NCBI GenBank assembly: GCA_043799405.1 | Contig: JAZDNT010000003.1 | Coordinates: 79,461-143,460, forward strand | Length of the DNA stretch: 64,000 nt | Direction of reading: 5' to 3' | Origin: Candidatus Kerfeldbacteria bacterium | GTDB taxonomy: Bacteria > Patescibacteriota > Patescibacteriia > SBBC01 | Part shown: positions 28,334 through 36,896 of the stretch, piece by piece | How the letters are laid out: the number at the start of each line of letters is the position of its first letter | Position numbering within the stretch: the stretch's first letter is position 1 | Translations under genes and position numbers: made by a program | The notes under the pieces: generated by a model | Told to the model about the DNA's origin: nothing | The model's database searches: none | Seen by the model: only the letters and a program-made list of their open reading frames with translations

Positions 28334-28492
28334 AATTCTCCTTTTCCGGCGGAGCCGGATCCGGCTTTGCCGGACGTGGTGCGAACCTCCGCTTGCGCCC
28401 CTACGGAGCTACAGCGGACAAGCTCACCTGAAGCTTGTCTGCCGAAGCTCAAAAGAGCAAAGGCAGAGTCCCACAAAATTAATAATTGCTGT
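28334..28492 (-). promoter_or_regulatory. structured 159-nt leader upstream of rplA (candidate r-protein autoregulatory leader)
   Basis: Minus-strand hairpins: TCTGCC..GCTCttttGAGC..GGCAGA; GACAAGCTtcaggtgAGCTTGTC; CCGGCaaaGCCGG; CCGGCtccGCCGG. These are followed by AAGGAG and the ATG. Confidence 0.4.
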
Positions 28493-29479
28493 TTATACGC
28501 TGGCCGTCGGATTGGCCGGTGCTTTCGGCGTTTCTTCTGCGGTTTCCCTTCGGATCGTGATGAAGTGGTACAGGAACAACGGCGCGGTGACCAAGATGAT
28601 CGGGATCAAAGTCGAGAGATCGGTCTGCGCACTGTTGCTTCCACCACCCATAGTGGTCTTCCGGTAGGCATCGTAGTCGACGAGCCACTGTTCGGCCAGC
28701 GCCTTGTCCTCGACCGTGAATGCGCACTTGTCGGTGCAGTTGATGACGCTCTTCACACCGTTCTGTTCATACGCAACGTCGACCATCGCGGGCGATGAAG
28801 TGCTCGAACCTTTCTGCAGGCCCATCACATTCTTCAGACCGAGGTTAATGAGGAGCGCGCCGGAGACGACGACGCCGACCAGGCCCGTGAACGCGACCAG
28901 GTAGAAGTAGCACGAACGCAGCGGACCCGATTTCACCATACCCTCGGCGCGGGCTTTCCGCTGCTCACGCTGCACCATGCGGATGAAGAACCACCAGAAC
29001 AGCGGGATCGCGACGATCAGGAACGAGAACGCATTGACGATGGTGCGCTTCTGGTAGGTCGTAAAGGCGCCGGTCGTCGTGTTGTTGTCCCTCCACGAGG
29101 CATAGTCATTCTTCCATGCGGAAAGGGTACCCTTATCGACGGCATTGAACTGACACGAATCGGTGCACGCATACGCCGCGCCCGGTCCCTCGGCGGTCTT
29201 CTCGACCGAGAGGGTGAGTACCGGCGGGATGCCCGATACGGCCGATGACTCGGCTTTCGTGAATACCCACGCGCGTAACCCTTCCTGTAGGAGGAACGCC
29301 GACGCGGCCACGATGATGAGGAGCATGACGAGCGATACCGCGTATGAGAACGCGGAACGTACCGCGCCTCCCTTGCCAGCTGCCTTCGACTCGGCAACGA
29401 TCGCCATGATGAAGAACAGGATAATCCCGATGATGGCGACCGGGCTCAAAAACCCCATAAACATGCCGATGGTCCCCAT
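28493..29479 (-). CDS. multi-pass membrane protein with internal duplication
   Basis: 328 aa. Two TM-bundle halves, each followed by a Cys motif (CTDSCQFNAVDKGTLSAWKNDYASWR and CTDKCAFTVEDKALAEQWLVDYDAYR). Confidence 0.65.
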   Translation of the reverse strand: MGTIGMFMGFLSPVAIIGIILFFIMAIVAESKAAGKGGAVRSAFSYAVSLVMLLIIVAASAFLLQEGLRAWVFTKAESSAVSGIPPVLTLSVEKTAEGPGAAYACTDSCQFNAVDKGTLSAWKNDYASWRDNNTTTGAFTTYQKRTIVNAFSFLIVAIPLFWWFFIRMVQREQRKARAEGMVKSGPLRSCYFYLVAFTGLVGVVVSGALLINLGLKNVMGLQKGSSTSSPAMVDVAYEQNGVKSVINCTDKCAFTVEDKALAEQWLVDYDAYRKTTMGGGSNSAQTDLSTLIPIILVTAPLFLYHFITIRRETAEETPKAPANPTASV

Positions 29480-29483
29480 AGTG

Positions 29484-29524
29484 TTATCCCTCTATGGTAA
29501 TGCCCATGTTCCAGGCAGTACCCT
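29484..29524 (-). pseudogene. remnant of the rplK 3' end (12 codons plus stop)
   Basis: Reads GTAWNMGITIEG-stop, against L11 [13 protein letters not shown]-stop. The 22-nt core 29503-29524 matches 31896-31917 at 21/22 positions. An in-frame TAG lies just upstream. Confidence 0.75.
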
Positions 29525-29631
29525 AAAAAAATGCTTACAGTACCTTCACAGACTACCAAAGCCACGAGAAATTGGCAATGTGAACGGATTTTTACTCACG
29601 TAATAATCGACTTCCTAATACACTTAATTAA

Positions 29632-31842
29632 TCATAATCCCCGCCAACCAGATGATGGCGTGCATACCATCAACCAAGATTCAAAGACTGTCATCCGTCC
29701 ATATTCAGACGCTTCGTCACAATCACCATCTATGGGCATGGTGGTGGTGGGGATTTGAATGTAACCATCTGCTACCTGTAGTCTGCTCTTAGGATTGGTG
29801 GTATTGATACCAACATTACCGTCGTTGCCAATGGTCATCCAAAAGGCTCCGCCATCATATGACCGGAAATTTATCTTCCCCGCAGGATTCCCGCTCGTTG
29901 TATTCCAAAAATTGAAATCTGTACCTCCATTACCATTCGTATCAGCAGAAATGTGTGGATTCCAATTCCCAAATGCTAAAGCACCAGTATTTTGCGGAAT
30001 AATCAGCTTTTCGATCCGCGCCCAGCCAGCTACGTCCAAAAAATATTGCGGGTCGGTAGTGTTGATTCCAATACCTGATCCGTTTTGGTAAAGACCGGAG
30101 TTCTGGATCGATGTGCTGCCGTTAAATCTGGAAATATACCCATAGGTTGTGCCTCCGGTTCCACTGCCGCTGACTGAAGCTGGAAGAGTTGCGCACGAGA
30201 GAGAACTACCGACTCCACTCACATATTGACCAGCCGGGCAAGCTGCGGGAAACGTCGTCAGCCGCGGCCACGGCACGTTACCGCCAGTGAGAGTTCCGGC
30301 CCAGTTAACATCGCTTCCAAACGACGCCGCACCGGTGGCATTCATAGTCCCAGCCACGTCGAGCTTGGCTCCAGGGCTTGTCGTCCCAATGCCGACATTA
30401 CCGTTATCAAAAATCGAAGAGTTAGTAATTGTGGTGCCAGCAGTGAACTTTGCCAGGTAATTGTTTGTGCCGCTCCCCCCGATAAAAGTCGGTACTCCAG
30501 TCAATCGCGGCCACGGCACCGAACCTGCCAGCAACGACCCGCTCCATCCTACATCACCGTTGACATCGAGTTTATATGCCGGGCTCGTCGTCCCGATACC
30601 GACGTTGCCTGCCAAATAGTTTATTCCACTACCAGTTTGGTAAATACCATAAGTCCCCGCACTTGCTGTTTTTATATATAGCCCGTAGTTATGAATTCCG
30701 ACAGTAGCAGTGTTATCAAAATATCCTGCATAAGTATAACCGTATCCGCTTGGTACGCCTGCCGCAGTAGCCTCTCCTTTTACACCAATCGCCGTGCCAG
30801 CTCCATTTATTTCTGCCTGGTTCCCAATACCATATACACCAATACCTGGACCCCTGCCCGTATCATATACGATACCATTTGCTGTTCCTTTTACAGCAAC
30901 ATTTCCACCATAGCCGATATTGTGTGCGGCAGTTGCATCAATAGCAATAGTACTGACAGTATCATTGGCGCTCTGCTGAGTAACAACGAGACCCTTCAGT
31001 GTTGGTGATGCGCCAGTTGCTGCGCCGTTACTTCTGTTAATATATAATCCAATTGGTCTTGTTGAACTTAGATCATTAACTTCCAACATAGCACCAGGAT
31101 TCGTCGTCCCAATGCCGACGTTGCCACTGGGATCAATCCGCATGCGCTCGATCAAATTATTCGTCCGGAAGATCCAGGCGGAATCTTCAGAAACATCAAC
31201 GAATTCCAATCCTCTGGTCGTTGACATAATGATGTTTCGCTTTCCGGAGGGCCCTCCATTGATCAGATCGATCAAGGGCGAATTTCCTTGGCCGGTATTG
31301 CGAGGAGTGAGAACGATAGTGTTGGCACCGGTGCCGACTTCGGTCCCTCGGTTATCGTCCGCCTGTATGGACAGTTTGTTATTCGGCGCTGTTGTGCCAA
31401 TCCCGACGTTGCCATTGTCGAAAATTGAAGAGTTGCCAATGGTCGTGCCAGCAGTGAATCTTGCCAGGTAATTGCCTGTTCCGCTTCCGCCGATAAAAGT
31501 CGGTACTCCGGTCAGCCGTGCCCACGGTACTGCCCCAGCTAATAATGATCCGCTCCATCGAACATCGCCCACGACATCAAGCTTCGCCGCCGGCGTCACT
31601 GTGCCAATGCCGACGTTGTCAGTGATCGTGTCCAACTGAACGACTGACCCGAGTTTCAGCCAACCATAGGGATTACCACTGGCACCGGTATCTTCTGCAA
31701 GCATTTTCATTGGCATTGCAACAACTCGGGTAACGCCAATAAGAAAAAACACTGCATACACAACAATTACCACCATCCTTAATTGTCGGTGTGGATAAGT
31801 CCTGGGCTTTAAAGAAAAGCCTGAATCATTCGAATTTTCCAT
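29632..31842 (-). CDS. large membrane-anchored surface protein with phage tail-fibre-like NVGIGTT repeats
   Basis: 736 aa. N-terminal TM helix. At least 6 occurrences of GNVGIGTT(S/N/A)P..KL(D/S/E)V. Two about 65-aa modules (LLAG.VPW.RLTGVPTFIGGSGT.NYLA.FTAGTTI.NSSIFDNGNVGIGTT). Confidence 0.7.
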   Translation of the reverse strand: MENSNDSGFSLKPRTYPHRQLRMVVIVVYAVFFLIGVTRVVAMPMKMLAEDTGASGNPYGWLKLGSVVQLDTITDNVGIGTVTPAAKLDVVGDVRWSGSLLAGAVPWARLTGVPTFIGGSGTGNYLARFTAGTTIGNSSIFDNGNVGIGTTAPNNKLSIQADDNRGTEVGTGANTIVLTPRNTGQGNSPLIDLINGGPSGKRNIIMSTTRGLEFVDVSEDSAWIFRTNNLIERMRIDPSGNVGIGTTNPGAMLEVNDLSSTRPIGLYINRSNGAATGASPTLKGLVVTQQSANDTVSTIAIDATAAHNIGYGGNVAVKGTANGIVYDTGRGPGIGVYGIGNQAEINGAGTAIGVKGEATAAGVPSGYGYTYAGYFDNTATVGIHNYGLYIKTASAGTYGIYQTGSGINYLAGNVGIGTTSPAYKLDVNGDVGWSGSLLAGSVPWPRLTGVPTFIGGSGTNNYLAKFTAGTTITNSSIFDNGNVGIGTTSPGAKLDVAGTMNATGAASFGSDVNWAGTLTGGNVPWPRLTTFPAACPAGQYVSGVGSSLSCATLPASVSGSGTGGTTYGYISRFNGSTSIQNSGLYQNGSGIGINTTDPQYFLDVAGWARIEKLIIPQNTGALAFGNWNPHISADTNGNGGTDFNFWNTTSGNPAGKINFRSYDGGAFWMTIGNDGNVGINTTNPKSRLQVADGYIQIPTTTMPIDGDCDEASEYGRMTVFESWLMVCTPSSGWRGL
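30383..30575 (-). repeat. intragenic module repeat, copy 1
   Basis: An about 190-nt segment roughly 80% identical by eye to 31394-31586, at an offset of 1011 nt (337 codons). Confidence 0.7.
31394..31586 (-). repeat. intragenic module repeat, copy 2
   Basis: Partner of 30383-30575. Confidence 0.7.
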
Positions 31843-31876
31843 AGGATTGGGATCCTTTCAACCCAACCCTACCCCC

Positions 31877-32302
31877 CTACTCTTCCACGGTCAACCCCAT
31901 GTTCCGGGCAGTACCCTCAATGATACGCATGGCGCCTTCAATGTCCTTTGCATTGAGATCGGGCATTTTCTTCTCGGCGATCGCCTTTATCTGCGCTCTT
32001 GTAACCTTGCCGACCTTGTTCCGTAGCGGATCGCCGCTCCCCTTTTCGATACCGACCGCCTTTTTCAGAAGCTCCGCTGCTGGCGGCGTTTTCAGTATAA
32101 ATGTATAGGTCCGGTCTTCGAACACGGTCAGTTCGACCGGCGTTACTTCTCCCATACGATCCTTTGTCTTATCGTTGAACTGCTTTACGAACTGCGCGAT
32201 GTTAAGGCCATGCGGCCCGAGCGCGGTTCCGACCGGCGGAGCCGGAGTCGCCTGTCCGCCAGTTATCTGTAGCTTGATGACTGTCTTGATCTTCTTTGCC
32301 AT
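31877..32302 (-). CDS. rplK: 50S ribosomal protein L11
   Basis: 141 aa. [32 protein letters not shown]. Confidence 0.97.
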   Translation of the reverse strand: MAKKIKTVIKLQITGGQATPAPPVGTALGPHGLNIAQFVKQFNDKTKDRMGEVTPVELTVFEDRTYTFILKTPPAAELLKKAVGIEKGSGDPLRNKVGKVTRAQIKAIAEKKMPDLNAKDIEGAMRIIEGTARNMGLTVEE

Positions 32303-32319
32303 AGTGTGATTGGGAACAA

Positions 32320-32384
32320 TTGACTATTGACTTGTGACAATTGACTGCGGGTGAAATTGTCAAATGTCAAACGTCACATGTCAA
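32320..32384. repeat. heptad-periodic inverted array: 4x TTGAC then 4x GTCAA
   Basis: TTGACta TTGACtt GTGACaa TTGAC (32320-32345), a 13-nt spacer, then GTCAAat GTCAAac GTCACat GTCAA (32359-32384). The arms pair at 20 of 26 positions. Confidence 0.8.
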
Positions 32385-32394
32385 AAGTTAACTA

Positions 32395-32940
32395 TTAAAT
32401 TTTCTTAACCTGCAAAAAGTCCAGTTCAACCGGCGTCTCGCGGCCGAACATGGATACGAGCACCTTGATCTTGCCGCGGGCTTCGTCGAGTTCGCTGACC
32501 TTGCCCTCGAAGTCCTTGAACGGACCGTCGATGATGCGGACCGGGGAACCGACCTGTACGTCGATCTTGTACTTCGGCTCCTCGACGCCCATCCGCTTCT
32601 GCAACGCTTTGACCTCTTCATCGGAGATCGGCGTCGGCGTCGTACCAGAACCGACGAATCCAGTGACGTTCGGGGTATTTCGAACGACGTACCACGAGTC
32701 GTCCGTCACGATCATCTCGACCAGTACGTACCCGGGGAAGATCTTCTCGGTTACCACCTTGCGCTTGCCGTTCTTGATCCGGATCTTGTTCTCGGTCGGG
32801 ATCAGCACCATGAAGATCTTGTCCTCCATGTCCATCGACTCGATGCGCTGCCGGAGGTTACGCGAAACGTTCTCCTCATACCCGGAGTAGGTATGGAGCA
32901 CGTACCAGCGTCGTCCCTGTTGCTGTGTCTGCTTTGGCAT
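32395..32940 (-). CDS. nusG: transcription termination/antitermination factor NusG
   Basis: 181 aa. RRWYVLHTYSGYE. KOW motif VGSPVRIIDGPFKDFEGKV. Confidence 0.96.
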   Translation of the reverse strand: MPKQTQQQGRRWYVLHTYSGYEENVSRNLRQRIESMDMEDKIFMVLIPTENKIRIKNGKRKVVTEKIFPGYVLVEMIVTDDSWYVVRNTPNVTGFVGSGTTPTPISDEEVKALQKRMGVEEPKYKIDVQVGSPVRIIDGPFKDFEGKVSELDEARGKIKVLVSMFGRETPVELDFLQVKKI

Positions 32941-32946
32941 AGTGTA

Positions 32947-33135
32947 TTACCTGACGAGTATCTTCTCGATCCCGTAGTTCATAGCGAGATCGACGAGTCC
33001 GAGGAATACGGCAACGAAGAGGCTGATCGCCACGACCAAAACCGTATGGTTGACGGTCTGCTTTCGCGAAGGCCAGACGACCTTCCGAAGCTCATCCTTA
33101 GCTTCTCGTATGTAGGAAGAAATGCGGTTTGCCAT
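32947..33135 (-). CDS. secE: preprotein translocase subunit SecE
   Basis: 62 aa. VVWPSRKQTVNHTVLVVAISLFVAVFLGLVD. Confidence 0.9.
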   Translation of the reverse strand: MANRISSYIREAKDELRKVVWPSRKQTVNHTVLVVAISLFVAVFLGLVDLAMNYGIEKILVR

Positions 33136-33181
33136 GCTCTTTCGACTCTTAAAAGACCCCCGGAGGGGCGTTACTAAAGGA

Positions 33182-33211
33182 ACTGTACCGTATCGATTGT
33201 ATCTGTGTCAA
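33182..33211 (-). promoter_or_regulatory. candidate secE-nusG-rplK promoter TTGACA-18-TACAGT
   Basis: Read on the minus strand, about 45 nt upstream of the secE ATG. Confidence 0.4.
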
Positions 33212-33319
33212 GTGCCGGAAATCCGCTACTTGACGCGACGGGGGCTGTATGAGAAGGTAGCCCCGTTCTGGAGGTTCCTGCTTCACCAATCGGTCCACCC
33301 GCAAGGAGGAGGTTGCCCG

Positions 33320-33904
33320 ATGTACAGAAGTCTGAAGTTATTGCTCGTCTGCATACTGTTCGCTGCGACCATCTGTACGGTCAACCGTGCATTCGCACAG
33401 CTGCCGTACGTCACGTCGAACGACGCGAAGCCTGCGCCTCGTCCTGACTCGAGTGTGACGACTGTCTCTATCGTCGGCATGCCGCGGACTGATACGATCT
33501 ACGTGTTCATCAAGGACAAGCTGACGAACAAGATCGCCGTCCACGAGCATTACGAGATCAAGGACAATATCGAGCTCCCGTGCCGACGGATGTTTGACAT
33601 CGGCTCCTGGAGCGATCTCGTCACCGAGAGAGTGGGCGCCACGTCGTACTCCTATGGCACCGGCATCTGGACCTCGTTCAGGAGCATCCCCGCTGGCAAC
33701 ATCCGGCTCGTGCTCCACGTCCGTAATGGAACGACCAAGGAAGTAACGCCGCTTCAGAAGCAGCCGAAGGCGCCGAAACAGAATGCTTCGCCTGCACAAC
33801 CCGCACCGTCCGACACGACGACGCACACGTCGTTCAACCAGGCACAGGTCGACCACCCGCATGCAGCACGCGGGTGGTTCACTCTGCATAATTATCGTCG
33901 CTAG
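33320..33904 (+). CDS. secreted hypothetical protein
   Basis: 194 aa from ATG 33320, with AAGGAGGAGG upstream; the ORF opens at 33122. Signal peptide MYRSLKLLLVCILFAATICTVNRAFA. Confidence 0.65.
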   Translation: MYRSLKLLLVCILFAATICTVNRAFAQLPYVTSNDAKPAPRPDSSVTTVSIVGMPRTDTIYVFIKDKLTNKIAVHEHYEIKDNIELPCRRMFDIGSWSDLVTERVGATSYSYGTGIWTSFRSIPAGNIRLVLHVRNGTTKEVTPLQKQPKAPKQNASPAQPAPSDTTTHTSFNQAQVDHPHAARGWFTLHNYRR

Positions 33905-33921
33905 GAAGCGAACGTATCCCG

Positions 33922-33948
33922 ATGTGCGCGACCTTTGGTCGCGCACAT
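33922..33948 (+). terminator. hairpin after the secreted-protein gene
   Basis: Perfect 12-bp arms ATGTGCGCGACC / GGTCGCGCACAT around TTT. No T-run follows. Confidence 0.4.
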
Positions 33949-34052
33949 GTAAATATCAGTCGCGAGGAAACGACGACGATCAGGGTGTCCGAAGGACGGG
34001 CCCCTAGTGGAGCCGCGACGAGCGACACCATGCAAGGGAAGAAGAGGTATCG

Positions 34053-34081
34053 GAAGAAGGAACCGTTCAGGTTCCTTCTCC
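34053..34081 (-). terminator. hairpin after the ABC permease gene
   Basis: GGAAGAAGGAACC gttca GGTTCCTTCTCC. The minus strand is followed by a C/T-rich tract. Confidence 0.4.
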
Positions 34082-34087
34082 GAACTT

Positions 34088-35194
34088 CTACACCCTTCGT
34101 TCTTCGAACCTGAACGTGAACATTGCGAGGGTCACGAGAACGACCGACCACCCGATCATCCAGTACAAATCATGCGCGATCACCGAGATGCCCGAACCGT
34201 TCGCCATGACCTCGCGTAACCCGTGCGTCAGGTACTGCAAGGGCAGATACTGCACGATGTGCTGAAGCCAGTTCGGCATGCCGTCGGTCGGGAAAAAGGT
34301 ACCGCCGAGGAACAGCATCGGAAACACGATGAGGTTCGCGATAGCTGGGACCGATTCAACGGTGTTCGCAAATCCAGAGATAGTGAACCCAAGCCCCAGA
34401 AACATGATGCTACCGAGGATCGCGATCAATGCGATGAGCCAGATCGAGCCGTATACGTGCGTATGCAACAGCCAGACACCGACCGCGATCAGGATCGCGG
34501 TCTGCGCAAGCGCTACAAGGAGCCGCGTGATGACCTGCGCAGTCACGAACTGCTGCGGCTTCATCGGTGTCGCGAGAAGGCGCTTCAGAATCCCCTTCTC
34601 CTTGTAGTCCGCGAATACGAACGCGACGGAAAAGACCGCCATCTGCATCAGCGCCATACCGACGATGCCGGGGAGCAGGAAGTCGATGTACTTCGTGCTC
34701 CTGACACTCACTTCCTCGGTCTTGAGTTCGAACAATTGCGGCGCGCGCGCCATAGCAATTGTCGTCTTGTCGAGGATCTGGCTCATGATCGACTCTGCGG
34801 TCTTCGCCTGCTGCAGCTGACCGACGTTCTCGAGAACGGTCACCGTCTGTGTCGCCGGGGTTACCGATGATGCTCCGGGGGCCGGAATGAGGTTGTCAGG
34901 GATCACGAATACAGCGGCAACGCTATTTTTCTTCATCGCGTCGCGAAGCTGCTGCTCCGTTCCGAACGTCATGCTCATGTTCGGTGCCTGTTTCAGCTGG
35001 TCGATGAACGCCGTCGTCTCTGGAGTTGGGTTCGGGCTCACGATGCCGAGCTTCGTCGTCGGGACCTTGTCAAAACCGACAAAGCCGAAGATGACCATGA
35101 TCATGAGCGGCATGAACAGCGTGAAGAAGAGCGACTGCCGGTTCCGAACGAACATCTTCATTGCTGATAGTGTGAGGGTCTTTATGGTGCTCAT
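34088..35194 (-). CDS. ABC-2 type transporter permease
   Basis: 368 aa. One N-terminal TM helix, a large extracytoplasmic loop, then 5 C-terminal TM helices. Adjacent to the ATPase gene. Confidence 0.85.
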   Translation of the reverse strand: MSTIKTLTLSAMKMFVRNRQSLFFTLFMPLMIMVIFGFVGFDKVPTTKLGIVSPNPTPETTAFIDQLKQAPNMSMTFGTEQQLRDAMKKNSVAAVFVIPDNLIPAPGASSVTPATQTVTVLENVGQLQQAKTAESIMSQILDKTTIAMARAPQLFELKTEEVSVRSTKYIDFLLPGIVGMALMQMAVFSVAFVFADYKEKGILKRLLATPMKPQQFVTAQVITRLLVALAQTAILIAVGVWLLHTHVYGSIWLIALIAILGSIMFLGLGFTISGFANTVESVPAIANLIVFPMLFLGGTFFPTDGMPNWLQHIVQYLPLQYLTHGLREVMANGSGISVIAHDLYWMIGWSVVLVTLAMFTFRFEERRV

Positions 35195-35213
35195 AGTGCA
35201 GTATCCTTATTGA

Positions 35214-36131
35214 TCACTCGCGAAGGCTGTGCCCGGTCATTTTCAGGAACACATCCTCAAGCGTTGCCTGACGAAGCTGCAGGTTGAAGATCTTCGTCTC
35301 ACACGCGATCTCGTGTCCGAATAATGCCGGCAACGTTCGCTCTGGGTCCGTTGAAACCAAACGGATCTTGTGATCTTCGCTTGAGGCCTCAACGACCGCG
35401 GGGAGGTTCTTGTAGTGCTCGACTGGGCAGCGCTTGTCAACGTGAAACTCGATCGTTGACGCGGTGCCAGACTGTTTCAAGAGGTTCATCGGCATATCCA
35501 GGGCAACGATCTTCGCGTTGTCCATGATAGCTACCCGGTCGCAGAGCACCTCCGCCTCTTCCATGTAGTGCGTCGTCAGTACGATCGTCTTGCCGGTCTT
35601 CTTCACCTCATTGACGAGGTCCCAGAGGTGCCGGCGCGCCTGAGGGTCCAAGCCCGTCGTCGGCTCATCAAGGAACAACACCTTCGGATCGTTCACAAGC
35701 GCTACAGCGATCGAAAGCCGCTGCTTCTGTCCGCCGGAAAGTTCCTTTACCCTGCTCTTCGCCTTCTCCTTCAGCTCGACGTCGGCGAGCAATTTCAGCG
35801 CATCGACTTTCCTCCCGTAGAGCGACGCGAACGTATTGACGAGTTCTACGAGGTTCAGGCCATCGAAGAACGACGAAGCCTGAAGCTGCACGCCGATGAG
35901 CGACTTTACCAGCCTCGTTTCTTTGCTCACGTTATGCCCGTCGAGCGTTATATCCCCGGACGTGATTGACTTTAAACCCTCTATCATTTCGAGGGTCGTT
36001 GTCTTACCGGCGCCGTTCGGACCTAAGATACCGAAGGTTTCACCGCTCTGCACCTCGAACGAGATGCCATCGACCGCAATGAAATCACCGTACTTCTTCG
36101 TGAGCGAGCGGACTGTGATGATGTTTAACAT
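35214..36131 (-). CDS. ABC transporter ATP-binding protein (DrrA/CcmA-like)
   Basis: 305 aa. Walker A GPNGAGKTT, signature LSGGQKQRL, Walker B VLFLDEPTTGLD. Confidence 0.93.
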   Translation of the reverse strand: MLNIITVRSLTKKYGDFIAVDGISFEVQSGETFGILGPNGAGKTTTLEMIEGLKSITSGDITLDGHNVSKETRLVKSLIGVQLQASSFFDGLNLVELVNTFASLYGRKVDALKLLADVELKEKAKSRVKELSGGQKQRLSIAVALVNDPKVLFLDEPTTGLDPQARRHLWDLVNEVKKTGKTIVLTTHYMEEAEVLCDRVAIMDNAKIVALDMPMNLLKQSGTASTIEFHVDKRCPVEHYKNLPAVVEASSEDHKIRLVSTDPERTLPALFGHEIACETKIFNLQLRQATLEDVFLKMTGHSLRE

Positions 36132-36155
36132 ACTGAACAGACGATGCGTAGACAG

Positions 36156-36602
36156 TTAACTCTTTTCCGAACGTATGTCCGATGCAACCTTCCTCTGAAG
36201 AGCGATGACCTGCTTGAGTTCACGATCACCGACCGATCGTAGTTGCGCGGTTATACGGGTGAGATGGTCATTGCGGAACCGGACGAATTTCGCTTTCCCT
36301 TTCGCTGAAAGGGTAACAATGACCTTCCTCCGGTCGATACGATCTTTCGAACGCACGAGGTACCCCGCCCGCACGATCGAATCGATGATCTGAGTTGCAG
36401 CGCTCGACGTCGTCTCCATGGCCGCTGCGATGCTCTTAACGGTCACCGGCTGGTTGTGGATCACGTAGTAAAGCACGCGGGCTTGCGCGGGATGAAGGTT
36501 AAAGTGCTTGTAGCAGGTCTGTTTACCCGCCATGATGAGGTTGCTTATGGCTTTCGTTGATTCGATGAACCCCTCAATGAGCGAACGTCTTCGTATTGGC
36601 AT
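36156..36602 (-). CDS. MarR family transcriptional regulator
   Basis: 148 aa. Winged-HTH pattern (LHPAQARVLYYVIHNQPVTVKSIAAAMETTSSAATQIIDSIVRAGYLVR..DRIDRRKV). Confidence 0.85.
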   Translation of the reverse strand: MPIRRRSLIEGFIESTKAISNLIMAGKQTCYKHFNLHPAQARVLYYVIHNQPVTVKSIAAAMETTSSAATQIIDSIVRAGYLVRSKDRIDRRKVIVTLSAKGKAKFVRFRNDHLTRITAQLRSVGDRELKQVIALQRKVASDIRSEKS

Positions 36603-36644
36603 AGTGAAACCTTACTATTTACGGATAATTAGTTAGATCGTAAG

Positions 36645-36663
36645 TATATTAGTACCTAATATA
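36645..36663. promoter_or_regulatory. candidate MarR operator
   Basis: Perfect inverted repeat TATATTAG-tac-CTAATATA, 43-61 nt upstream of the marR ATG. Confidence 0.4.
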
Positions 36664-36896
36664 TTTGTCAAGCCGCTCCCCCTGTACCCTTTTATGAGAG
36701 AGCAGGTAGTACAAGTATTCCGCCGTTTGTCCTGTCATACGCATGGGTAATGTGGCCAATATAGTTCTATACGGTTGCAAAAGACAGGATATTTCAAACG
36801 TTTTCGCAGCTACTGTCAGTAGCGTGAAATACAGGCTCAACGCCGGTGTAATAATAGTCACCTAGGCAAACTGTAGCATCAATTACGAAAGACGAT

